Source: a virus. From it: a stretch of DNA of 30,130 bases. The notes below the pieces were generated by a model. The model saw only the letters and a list, made by a program, of their open reading frames with translations, was not told where the DNA came from and searched no databases. Position numbers and translations under genes: made by a program. Below, piece after piece: positions 7,560-14,926 of the stretch (its first letter is position 1; each line of letters opens with the position of its first letter). The stretch lies in the IMG/VR virus record IMGVR_UViG_3300027886_000012. One strand, given 5' to 3'.

Positions 7560-7891
7560 TTTTCATCAAGCCCCAAATCTGATAATATTACTTCGGTTGT
7601 AGGGAACCCAGCTCTTATATCTGGATATTGTGTACAGTCTTCGTATTTTACTATGACATCTTTTGGAATTTCTTTTAGCCCGAATCTTGCTTTTACTTTG
7701 TCAGTCACATATTTGGTATAGTCTTTTGAGCTCATTTCATCGGCATAATGAGGATAAAATTCCTCACTAATTGAATCCTGTACATATTTTCCGTCAATTT
7801 CGACTATTACGTAACCTGTGTACTCGGCTTCTCCGTCAAAATCTACATAGCGCTTATCGACTTTAATTCCTACTAGTTTTTTGTCTGTCAT
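7556..7891 (-). CDS. Hypothetical protein
   Basis: Start placed at ATG 7891 (MTDKK) because of the ATGA overlap. Confidence 0.65.
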   Translation of the reverse strand: MTDKKLVGIKVDKRYVDFDGEAEYTGYVIVEIDGKYVQDSISEEFYPHYADEMSSKDYTKYVTDKVKARFGLKEIPKDVIVKYEDCTQYPDIRAGFPTTEVILSDLGLDEN

Positions 7892-8217
7892 TTTTGTGCT
7901 ATCTCCCATTCAATTATAGGTATTTGAACTGCCGTTATGGTGGAATTGATTCTACGAACGGCGGGGCTGGCTATCCCGTATTTTTGTTCAAGCTCTTCCT
8001 TATGTTTTTCTAGCTTTGCTTCCACTTCCTTAAGTGTTTCAATGTCTGTGTCTTTATTGACTCTGTAAAAGTATCTAAATTGCTTATCTCCGAGTAGTGA
8101 TGTATATTTAGTCTTGTGGCTTCCTTCCATATGGACGGCTAAATCTATGTATTGACCGTTTATTCCTACTGGTATTTCCATCAGACACTTTTTACAGATA
8201 AAAATCTCTTCTGTCAA
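7888..8217 (-). CDS. Protein with N-terminal C2H2-type zinc finger and coiled coil
   Basis: FICKKC...HMEGSH; TTGA coupling; GGAGGA SD. Confidence 0.65.
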   Translation of the reverse strand: MTEEIFICKKCLMEIPVGINGQYIDLAVHMEGSHKTKYTSLLGDKQFRYFYRVNKDTDIETLKEVEAKLEKHKEELEQKYGIASPAVRRINSTITAVQIPIIEWEIAQK

Positions 8218-8393
8218 TTTCTAAGGTCCTCCAATATTTCCAAGCCTTTTTTCAATCCATCCAATTTTGCGACTGCTAGCTGATATGTCAGTGTCTGTTT
8301 TTCTTCTTTAGTGCACAAGTTCAAAAATGTGCTTATGTCTAATGCTATTTGTCCAAGTCTGTAATACGCTATTTCTATTTTCTCTTGCTTCAT
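8214..8393 (-). CDS. Helical microprotein, 59 aa (MKQEKIEIAYYRLGQ...)
   Basis: Translated by hand; 4-nt overlaps at both ends. Confidence 0.65.
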   Translation of the reverse strand: MKQEKIEIAYYRLGQIALDISTFLNLCTKEEKQTLTYQLAVAKLDGLKKGLEILEDLRN

Positions 8394-8803
8394 TTCTGTT
8401 CTAGCTCTCCCTTATTTGCTCCAAGTTCTGATTCTATTGTTTCGGGCATTGATTCTTTAGTACTTACATAAGTCTGTACCAAAAATCCTTCGTAGCTCTC
8501 GTTAGTATGCCCAAAGTATAGATAATCTCCCTTCTCTGATTCAAAATTAAGCCCGCACCATAAAGCGCACTCAACTTTATTTTGAATGTCTATATGTTCG
8601 ATTAGATTATTTGGATTTTTTGAGTCCAGTATGTTGTAGAGCACGTCGACGGCTCGGCTAATTTTGACATTATTTTCTAATTCTTTGTAACATTCTTTGC
8701 ATATTGCGACGTCTTCATTATCTTGCTCTGTATAAGTTACAAAGTCTTTTGAACACTCTCGGCAGATATAGTTAAATCTGTTTTTCGGACCCGCTTTTGT
8801 CAA
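8390..8803 (-). CDS. Hypothetical protein with N-terminal zinc finger (CREC...CKEC)
   Basis: ORF track; TTGA coupling; GGGGT SD. Confidence 0.65.
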   Translation of the reverse strand: MTKAGPKNRFNYICRECSKDFVTYTEQDNEDVAICKECYKELENNVKISRAVDVLYNILDSKNPNNLIEHIDIQNKVECALWCGLNFESEKGDYLYFGHTNESYEGFLVQTYVSTKESMPETIESELGANKGELEQK

Positions 8804-8970
8804 TTCTTAACCCCCATTCTTATTCTATGCCATTGTGAGCACTTGTTGCACCAAAATTCACTAATGAAATAAGACGGCTCTATATGTGGCGTGCCTTTTG
8901 TTGTATGTATGTATAGATAAGCCAAGATTTTCTTCATATATGGACATCTAATCGGAATTTTTACTGCCAA
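8800..8970 (-). CDS. 56-aa Com/zinc-ribbon-like microprotein
   Basis: Translated by hand: MAVKIPIRCPYMKKILA...FWCNKCSQWHRI; resembles IRCxxCxKLLA...CxxC but one Cys is missing. Confidence 0.5.
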   Translation of the reverse strand: MAVKIPIRCPYMKKILAYLYIHTTKGTPHIEPSYFISEFWCNKCSQWHRIRMGVKN

Positions 8971-9330
8971 TTATAATCCAAGCTCCTCTTTTAGTATCTG
9001 TCCTAGCTGGTCACAATAGACGTCGTTTATTTCCTTCACTTGCTTTGAATATATGTACGGCTCTTTGTCGTAGACTCCAACAATCCAGAATTCTATGTCG
9101 TACAAGTCCATTCCATTGAGTTTTATTATCACTTTCCCGTCTAGCTTTGGTGTCTGGACTCTGAACATTATACTATTTTCGTCGTAGACATATTGACTTG
9201 CGTTTGCTATCTGAAAGAAGTTAAGTTTTTTATCACCGTACTTGACTGCTTCGTCTAAACTTAGTTCTTCACTGAATGTATAGAGTACTTGCTCCATTAT
9301 TGTCTGTGCTACTTCTGGACTAGCTGTCAT
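8971..9330 (-). CDS. Conserved phage/MGE-type hypothetical protein
   Basis: VAQTIMEQ...DLYDIEF...DVYCDQL..I...LGL pattern recalled from an uncharacterised viral family; function unknown. Confidence 0.7.
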   Translation of the reverse strand: MTASPEVAQTIMEQVLYTFSEELSLDEAVKYGDKKLNFFQIANASQYVYDENSIMFRVQTPKLDGKVIIKLNGMDLYDIEFWIVGVYDKEPYIYSKQVKEINDVYCDQLGQILKEELGL

Positions 9331-9515
9331 TATTTATCACGCTCTCCTGATTCTTCGACAATTTCAGACATCGCTCGAATAATCATCGCATCATTAACGA
9401 TGTATTCCCGTCTTAGCTGTGTCATGAAATCTTTAAAGAGTCGTTTTAATACTTCGTTCGCACTTTTTTTATCACGGATCCTGCCCGTAGGGGCAGATAT
9501 TTGTGACTTTGTCAA
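9330..9515 (-). CDS. Hypothetical protein, 61 aa
   Basis: TTGA start, TAATG stop-start coupling. Confidence 0.6.
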   Translation of the reverse strand: MTKSQISAPTGRIRDKKSANEVLKRLFKDFMTQLRREYIVNDAMIIRAMSEIVEESGERDK

Positions 9516-9643
9516 ATCTTATAGCCCTCCTGTCGTGCTCCCGTCTTCTTACTTCTAAAGTAAAGCCAATAGTCACCGTTATTGTCTTGGACTAAGTACC
9601 TTATCGACTTGTCGAAGTACTCACGAGCTAATAACTTAGTCAA
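9512..9643 (-). CDS. Microprotein, 43 aa (MTKLLAREYFDKSIRYLVQDNNGDYWLYFRSKKTGARQEGYKI)
   Basis: Translated by hand; TTGA overlaps at both ends. Confidence 0.6.
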   Translation of the reverse strand: MTKLLAREYFDKSIRYLVQDNNGDYWLYFRSKKTGARQEGYKI

Positions 9644-9726
9644 TTTTGAACGCTCCTATTGAATAGCTTTATGAGCTCGTGCTTTTCTCGGACTTTGTCA
9701 TAAAATGAAGTGTTGGACTTAGTCAA
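9640..9726 (-). CDS. Microprotein, 28 aa (MTKSNTSFYDKVREKHELIKLFNRSVQN)
   Basis: Translated by hand; GGGGGAG SD; TTGA overlaps at both ends. Confidence 0.55.
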   Translation of the reverse strand: MTKSNTSFYDKVREKHELIKLFNRSVQN

Positions 9727-10016
9727 TTTCTAGCTCCCCCTATCTTCATTAATTCGGCTACTAGTCCAAGGATAGTTATGCGCTCGGCTAGTGTTGTATC
9801 GCTCCAGTCTTTTAGGCTATTGTACATATATTGACTTGTGTTTAAGTCAATAATTTGACTAGCAAACCACAGACTATTTTTTGTTAAAAGTTGTGTTTGG
9901 TCAAAAAATCCCAAGTCTAACTTTTTGTATAGCTCGGCTTTGTCGGCTTCGGACTTGTCTAATAATTTGGCTTTTGTGCGCTCGATAGCGTCTAAGAAGG
10001 TTTTAAATTCCATCAT
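9723..10016 (-). CDS. Hypothetical protein, 97 aa
   Basis: ATG start with GAAGGGGG SD; coupled stop. Confidence 0.7.
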   Translation of the reverse strand: MMEFKTFLDAIERTKAKLLDKSEADKAELYKKLDLGFFDQTQLLTKNSLWFASQIIDLNTSQYMYNSLKDWSDTTLAERITILGLVAELMKIGGARN

Positions 10017-10017
10017 T

Positions 10018-10635
10018 TTAAAACCCCCCTTCGTTAAGCTTTGATTCTAACAATTCGAACGCTTCGGTACCTTGACGGAATTTTAAGACGGCTTCGGCTT
10101 TTTGTGCTTCGGTAGCTTGTGGATTTTTTGCGTTAAATCTGTCGGGGTGAAATAACAAAGCTATTTCACGATATGCTTTTTTGATAGCTTGGAACTTCTC
10201 GGCTTTTGGTAGCTCGTGTATTGAATCATAGTTTAAGTTCAATCTTGCGAGCGCTTCGACTACGCTTAACGACTCGTTATAATATTGGTGTTTGTACTCT
10301 TCACGTCGTTTATTATTTTCTTTCCATCTTTCGTCGTACTCACGTCTATTGTATTTGTTATAACTGTCTTTATAGCCGTACTTGTATCTATAGCGTCCGT
10401 AGCCAAACCACCATCGGCGGGCTTTGTCACTTCGGGCTTTTCTGTACTCGTCACTTTGTTTATATCCTTCACGTGCTCCCTTATCGCAAATATGCGCCGT
10501 ACCGTCTACATTAAAGCGCTTAGGAACCTTTTTGCCTTTTTTGTTTGTTTCGTACTCGTTAGTCTTAAAAATAATCTCGGCGCCACAAGTATAACACTTA
10601 AACACTTTTGGCGCTTTGACTTGAATTGTAGACAA
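10018..10635 (-). CDS. Zinc-ribbon plus C-terminal J-domain (DnaJ-like) protein
   Basis: CYTCG...HIC at the N-terminus; IKKAYREIALLFHPDRF...KFRQGTEAFELL with an intact HPD motif. Confidence 0.85.
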   Translation of the reverse strand: MSTIQVKAPKVFKCYTCGAEIIFKTNEYETNKKGKKVPKRFNVDGTAHICDKGAREGYKQSDEYRKARSDKARRWWFGYGRYRYKYGYKDSYNKYNRREYDERWKENNKRREEYKHQYYNESLSVVEALARLNLNYDSIHELPKAEKFQAIKKAYREIALLFHPDRFNAKNPQATEAQKAEAVLKFRQGTEAFELLESKLNEGGF

Positions 10636-10902
10636 TTAAGCTAAGCTCTCCCTAGCTTCTATCGGTTCCGAGTCAATAAGTAGCTCCACAATTGGCATCA
10701 TAAAGACGGCAGTACTGACGGTATGAAATAGTTCCTTGGCTGGTATTGTGTCCACTAGCTTATAATTCTCGAAGACTTTGACGGTTTCCTTATCTTTATT
10801 TTTAATGAAGCCTAGCGTTAAGCCACTAAGTGCGTCGTGAACTTGAACGGCACTAGCGCACTCAACTTTAATCCTAAGCTCTTCGACTTGTTGAGAGTTC
10901 AA
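10636..10902 (-). CDS. Hypothetical protein, 88 aa
   Basis: TTG start with GAAGGGGG SD. Confidence 0.65.
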   Translation of the reverse strand: MNSQQVEELRIKVECASAVQVHDALSGLTLGFIKNKDKETVKVFENYKLVDTIPAKELFHTVSTAVFMMPIVELLIDSEPIEARESLA

Positions 10903-11000
10903 GCTGAAACCCCCTTCACGACTAGTCTAGTACTGTTGTTTAAAAAATCCAGTACTCGGCTAGTGCGTCTATTTTTTCTAAGTACATAGTTTGTATTCAT
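10899..11000 (-). CDS. 33-aa first ORF of the leftward operon (MNTNYVLRKNRRTSRVLDFLNNSTRLVVKGVSA)
   Basis: ATG sits at the mirror position of the rightward ATG 11356; its TGA overlaps the next TTG. Confidence 0.5.
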   Translation of the reverse strand: MNTNYVLRKNRRTSRVLDFLNNSTRLVVKGVSA

Positions 11001-11058
11001 TCTAACCTATTTTACAACTAGTTTTTATTTAAATATTATGCAAGGGTACACTAGAAGA
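10991..11058 (-). promoter_or_regulatory. Leftward early-type promoter (copy 1 of a 68-bp inverted duplication)
   Basis: TCTTCTAGT-N22 (with TTTAAATA box)-TAAAAACTAGT-N11-TTAGAATGAATACAA. Confidence 0.75.
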
Positions 11059-11297
11059 AGGTATAGTATACAATCTTCTAGTACCTGGATATTAGTATAA
11101 GGATATAGTAGAATCGCCAGGTACAGTATACTAGGTCCATGAACTAGAACATTATTCTAGTAGAATGTTCAGGCCCGCAGTAGAAATGGTGGTGGTGGGG
11201 CCTTGTCTTCCACTCCAATAGTTCTATAGTATTATTCTGTATCAAACACTAGGTACTATCTACTAGTTCAATCTACTAGTACTAGAACCTAGAACAA
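11059..11297. other. Non-coding core rich in CTAG/GTAC palindromes with a central GC-rich island; possible origin or enhancer
   Basis: 16 CTAG counted in 10921-11340; AGGCCC...GGGCCT with GGTGGTGGTGGGG near the midpoint; ATCTACTAGT repeated at 11258 and 11271. Confidence 0.5.
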
Positions 11298-11365
11298 TCT
11301 TCTAGTATTCCTCTCCACAAAATATATATAAAAACTAGTCCTAATCTATATTAGAATGAATACAA
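11298..11365 (+). promoter_or_regulatory. Rightward early-type promoter (copy 2 of the inverted duplication)
   Basis: TCTTCTAGT-N22 (with TATATATA box)-TAAAAACTAGT-N11-TTAGAATGAATACAA. Confidence 0.75.
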
Positions 11366-11601
11366 CACACTACGAAGACGTAGATATTAAAGTAACTAGC
11401 TGGACTAACGTAGAGCTAGGAACTACGCACGGTTATAGATTCCCGTGCGGTGCGTGCTTTCCTTCGGAATTTTTCACAAGAACCGAAGCCGTGGAGCGCC
11501 ACAATACGAATAAGTGCTTAAGGTGCGACAAGATAAACCGAGACTTAAGACAAGCAAATAACGCATTTAATGGATTATCTGGAGATTTTAGGAGCGCTTA
11601 A
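11356..11601 (+). CDS. Hypothetical Cys/His-containing protein, 81 aa
   Basis: CGAC...H...CLRC; first gene after the promoter. Confidence 0.65.
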   Translation: MNTTHYEDVDIKVTSWTNVELGTTHGYRFPCGACFPSEFFTRTEAVERHNTNKCLRCDKINRDLRQANNAFNGLSGDFRSA

Positions 11602-11602
11602 A

Positions 11603-11788
11603 ATGACTTATACAATATCTCTTAAGTTCGACATCGTATTAAACGCCGAGGATAGCGCCGAAGCACTAGACAAAGCTAACGCGTACATTAACGCTATAAC
11701 CTACGGAAACCCACAAAGTAAAACGCTAGTCGAGCGCTTCGACATTGAGGATATAGACGTGGACGTTATAGACTCGGAGAGCGCTTAA
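11603..11788 (+). CDS. Small acidic protein, 61 aa
   Basis: Start placed at ATG 11603 after GGAGCGCTTAAAATG. Confidence 0.65.
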   Translation: MTYTISLKFDIVLNAEDSAEALDKANAYINAITYGNPQSKTLVERFDIEDIDVDVIDSESA

Positions 11789-11789
11789 A

Positions 11790-12290
11790 ATGTCCGAAGA
11801 CAAGATTTTATTAGATATGTTAAAGTGCGCGGGAGCTAATAAGCCACATCACGCCGTCGATTTTTCTAGTGTGATGTGTCCTCAATGTGGTGACTTTATG
11901 AATAGCGCTAACTGTGACAACAATAAGCCAAGCTTTCAAGACTGGTTTAAGTGCGTTAACTGCTATAACGAAGCTAAGCGCTTTGATTTATTCAAACAAA
12001 CCTTAGACTTAGAGAATAACTACGACGTAGTACGCGCTATTCTATTTACTGAAGATTCAGAGATTAACCCAAGCGCCGAACTAACTACACGGATTAATAA
12101 CGCCGTCGACGCTTTGATTAATCGGGGTTTAAGTGAAGACAAAGCCGAAGACATCGTATTAAGTGAAGCTAGGTGCTACACGTGCGGGCTTGACAACACA
12201 CTAGACAATTTAACGCTAACTTTTGACTACACGAGCTTAAAACCCTTCTATGTCTGCAAGCACGACGTTTGGATGATAGGGGGATTTTAA
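11790..12290 (+). CDS. Hypothetical protein with multiple CxxC motifs
   Basis: CPQC, CVNC, CYTC, CKH. Confidence 0.7.
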   Translation: MSEDKILLDMLKCAGANKPHHAVDFSSVMCPQCGDFMNSANCDNNKPSFQDWFKCVNCYNEAKRFDLFKQTLDLENNYDVVRAILFTEDSEINPSAELTTRINNAVDALINRGLSEDKAEDIVLSEARCYTCGLDNTLDNLTLTFDYTSLKPFYVCKHDVWMIGGF

Positions 12291-12291
12291 A

Positions 12292-12504
12292 ATGGCAGAC
12301 AAGATTATTCAAGTTACGGCTTACGAAGTCTTTACGTGTTGTGAGTGCAACAAGAATTTTAAGCTTGAAGAATTGTGCTCTCATGCTCCAGACATAATTA
12401 AGCGCAATATAGAATTAAGCTTCGATGGATTCTATGCCAAGGACATAAATGTTATGTGCGTCAACTGTTGCGATAATCCTAAAACTTGGGAGATTGAAGA
12501 ATAA
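12292..12504 (+). CDS. Small zinc-finger protein, 70 aa
   Basis: CCEC...CVNC; GGGGGA SD. Confidence 0.65.
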   Translation: MADKIIQVTAYEVFTCCECNKNFKLEELCSHAPDIIKRNIELSFDGFYAKDINVMCVNCCDNPKTWEIEE

Positions 12505-12720
12505 ATGAATCAGGAAATTATAGACAAAGCCGAACAATTCCCATATATGGAGAGCGTCCAAGACTACGGCGAAACTTTGACAATACGGCTTAAAGATTTT
12601 TGCCGAGTCGTGGATATTGACGCACTTAGAGAATTTTGGACTATAGATTCAAAGCTTACAATATCCTACAATAGAAGTACTAATTCAATAGTTATCGGCT
12701 CGGACTTTGTTAGTAGGTGA
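12505..12720 (+). CDS. Hypothetical protein, 71 aa
   Basis: Abuts the upstream stop codon. Confidence 0.6.
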   Translation: MNQEIIDKAEQFPYMESVQDYGETLTIRLKDFCRVVDIDALREFWTIDSKLTISYNRSTNSIVIGSDFVSR

Positions 12721-12730
12721 ATAATGAAAT

Positions 12731-13000
12731 ATGACAAAGTCAGCCCCGCCGAACTTAGAAGGTTATTGCCCGAAGTGCGGGGAGCTCTTAGAGTTAATAG
12801 AGCGTGATGTCGTTCATAGATATTATGTCTATAATCCAAGTCTGGAAATATGGGAAGACTCGGATAATTCCCAAGTCAACACGTCTTTAAGCTCTGACTT
12901 TAAATGTACTAAATGCAATTTCTTTAAGCATAATAATACTATGCGTCCACAAGATAAACGAGCACTTAGACGCTTCATTAATGGAGCGCCGTTAAAATGA
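12731..13000 (+). CDS. Zinc-ribbon protein, 89 aa
   Basis: YCPKCG...FKCTKC. Confidence 0.65.
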   Translation: MTKSAPPNLEGYCPKCGELLELIERDVVHRYYVYNPSLEIWEDSDNSQVNTSLSSDFKCTKCNFFKHNNTMRPQDKRALRRFINGAPLK

Positions 13001-13128
13001 CAAAGCCAAAATATTGCAAAGCTTGCGATATGTACGTATCTAATCCCGAACTACATTTTAAAACAAAAGTACATCAAAAAAATATGCTTAGGGGTTTAAG
13101 AGCTCACAATTTCTTTTTTAGTTCTTAA
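12997..13128 (+). CDS. 43-aa C2H2 (U1/matrin-like) zinc-finger microprotein
   Basis: Translated by hand: MTKPKYCKACDMYVSNPELHFKTKVHQKNMLRGLRAHNFFFSS; ATGA coupling. Confidence 0.65.
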   Translation: MTKPKYCKACDMYVSNPELHFKTKVHQKNMLRGLRAHNFFFSS

Positions 13129-13406
13129 TTTATTATCGGCGCCGTAACTAGCGCTATTTTTGTAATTTTTTCCATAAGCTCATTATATCGGCGTGCATAT
13201 AAGCCGTTAAAGGTATCTTGCAATATTCCAAGTAATTCCTTTTTAGAAATATTTTTTAAAATCACTTCGTTATTATTAGCACAGACAAGATTAAAGCGTC
13301 TTTGATAACTATTACTTTGTTTTACTACTCTTAACTTTAAGCCGTACTTATCGTATAGCTTACCTAATTCCCAGAATAATAACAAGTCGAGCTTTAATAG
13401 ATTCAA
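13125..13406 (-). CDS. Hypothetical protein, 93 aa, convergent on the rightward operon
   Basis: TTG start with a TTTATATA box about 30 nt upstream. Confidence 0.55.
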   Translation of the reverse strand: MNLLKLDLLLFWELGKLYDKYGLKLRVVKQSNSYQRRFNLVCANNNEVILKNISKKELLGILQDTFNGLYARRYNELMEKITKIALVTAPIIN

Positions 13407-13510
13407 TACTAGATATTTTATAGCATAATTATTATATAAATTACTAAGTAAGATTTAGCTGTAACAATATTCTATATCTATCTCCCGGGATTTTCTACTA
13501 GTACCTGGCA

Positions 13511-13912
13511 CTAGTATAATCTTTTTATTGCCGAGCGTCGGCGTCTGTCGTGTCTTCTGTGTTGACTAAATGAGTAGTTCATAACGGCTTCAAAGATATT
13601 GCGTCCATCACTTCCAAAGTAATTAACTAATTCGTCCGAAATCATATCTTCAATGTCGTGCAAGAACATAGCCTGTATTCCTTTAGAGCCCGCCATTTGA
13701 TAGCCGAGAATCACGTTAGAAAACGCGTCATGGTTATATTTGCGGTGTCCGTAGGGGCGTGGAATTGTTTTTGCGCGTAGGGCCCGTGATAAAGTCTTAT
13801 CGCTCGTTGTAGGGTTATCCTTTCGTTGATTAATTTGGTCAACTATTGTATAAGGTAAGCTATTTCCCATTAACATCCTTGTTAAATTGTTGTGACTCTT
13901 ACGAAATAGCAC
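13511..13912 (-). CDS. Hypothetical protein with basic C-terminal tail
   Basis: GTG start; ends HRRHDRRRRSAIKRLY. Confidence 0.55.
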   Translation of the reverse strand: MLFRKSHNNLTRMLMGNSLPYTIVDQINQRKDNPTTSDKTLSRALRAKTIPRPYGHRKYNHDAFSNVILGYQMAGSKGIQAMFLHDIEDMISDELVNYFGSDGRNIFEAVMNYSFSQHRRHDRRRRSAIKRLY

Positions 13913-13924
13913 TAACTTATCACC

Positions 13925-14161
13925 TTACCAGCATTGATTCCTGTATTGTTTTTTCTTTGTACCGTCTGGATTACAGTATTGCCGTCCTACTGCTGTTCCG
14001 TAATGTGTTCGACAAAAAGAACCGCACCTGTGGAACCTGTGAACGTCTGCATTATCATGCCCGCACCACTTACAAGTCTTCCGTACCTTCTCATGAGTTC
14101 TTTTGGAACCGATGTATTTATTGACTCTGCGTCTAGAACCTGATAAACTTCTATTTGCCAA
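13925..14161 (-). CDS. Small basic Cys/His-rich protein, 78 aa
   Basis: RRRVNKYIGSKRTHEKVRKTCKWCGH...CGSFCRTH...YC. Confidence 0.55.
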   Translation of the reverse strand: MANRSLSGSRRRVNKYIGSKRTHEKVRKTCKWCGHDNADVHRFHRCGSFCRTHYGTAVGRQYCNPDGTKKKQYRNQCW

Positions 14162-14210
14162 TCTACTAAAACAATTTATACTAACATTGTTTTATAGTTT
14201 ATGAATAGTA

Positions 14211-14351
14211 TTGGCTAAAAAAGGAAATCCGTTTGCATTATGTAATTGGCTTGCAAAAAAACACCACTGGAAGAAGGCAAAGAAAGAAAGATGTATTCTA
14301 AATGTCAAAAAAGCACAGAGACGCAGACATCATAAAGCCAAGCGTCGATAA
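14211..14351 (+). CDS. 46-aa highly basic microprotein
   Basis: Translated by hand: MAKKGNPFALCNWLAKKHHWKKAKKERCILNVKKAQRRRHHKAKRR; TTG start, divergent from 14161. Confidence 0.55.
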   Translation: MAKKGNPFALCNWLAKKHHWKKAKKERCILNVKKAQRRRHHKAKRR

Positions 14352-14366
14352 TCAGGTCCGAAATGC

Positions 14367-14519
14367 GTGATAAGGTACGCAATTTTTTCTATATTATTCA
14401 CAAAACTAGTGATAAAGTCCTAATATCTTAGTAATACTAGTGATAAAGTACATCTGTCTTTAATATTATTGTGATAAGTACAAAATTATAGTGATAAGTA
14501 ATAAAAAAGAGTGATAAGT
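14367..14519. repeat. Direct-repeat array B: GTGATAA(A/G)GT x6
   Basis: Copies at 14367, 14409, 14440, 14471, 14491 and 14511, in AT-rich DNA between convergent genes. Confidence 0.85.
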
Positions 14520-14926
14520 TAGTTTGGCATTCGTAAAAATACTTCTTTGTCGTATTCGTACGCATCAATGCAAACTTTTCTTAATGAATCTAGGTTCTGT
14601 ACACATACTTCTGACTCATACGGTGCATCTCCTCTAAAATAATAGTCGAAGTATAGGATATTATCACGTGTACTAGCCTTCTGTGCCCACTTAGATACAT
14701 CAAACTTCAGTTTTACATCATTAACGCTCACTTTTCCATCGTCAAAGTAACTAAGTGGCTTTGAACCGTAGTAAACATAGATGTCCAGTTGCGGTCTCCC
14801 TTCGTATTTTTCCTTAACGCTCGTTTTTTCATGATTATGTTCATGACTCTTTGCCAGTACTGGGCTAACGCTAGCCAAAATAGCCATAGTGGCTAAGATT
14901 CCTACCAAAGTTAACATTTTGTTCAT
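14519..14926 (-). CDS. Secreted protein with signal peptide
   Basis: MNKMLTLVGILATMAILASVSPVLA-K; His-rich mature N-terminus. Confidence 0.75.
   Translation of the reverse strand: MNKMLTLVGILATMAILASVSPVLAKSHEHNHEKTSVKEKYEGRPQLDIYVYYGSKPLSYFDDGKVSVNDVKLKFDVSKWAQKASTRDNILYFDYYFRGDAPYESEVCVQNLDSLRKVCIDAYEYDKEVFLRMPN

Noticed and set aside
10206-10644. Three extra ORFs overlapping the J-domain gene (10206..10514, 10266..10472, 10285..10644)
   Set aside because: Shadow frames explained by the biased Tyr/Arg/Lys codons; no SD, coupling or motifs.
6168-14519. Repeat arrays as CRISPR arrays
   Set aside because: Repeats are only 9-12 bp with 10-30 bp gaps and there is no cas1/cas2; the geometry does not fit CRISPR.
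6168-14519. Tn7/Mu-like transposon bounded by the inverted arrays
   Set aside because: No transposase, no TG...CA ends and no target-site duplication recognised; kept only as a weak alternative.
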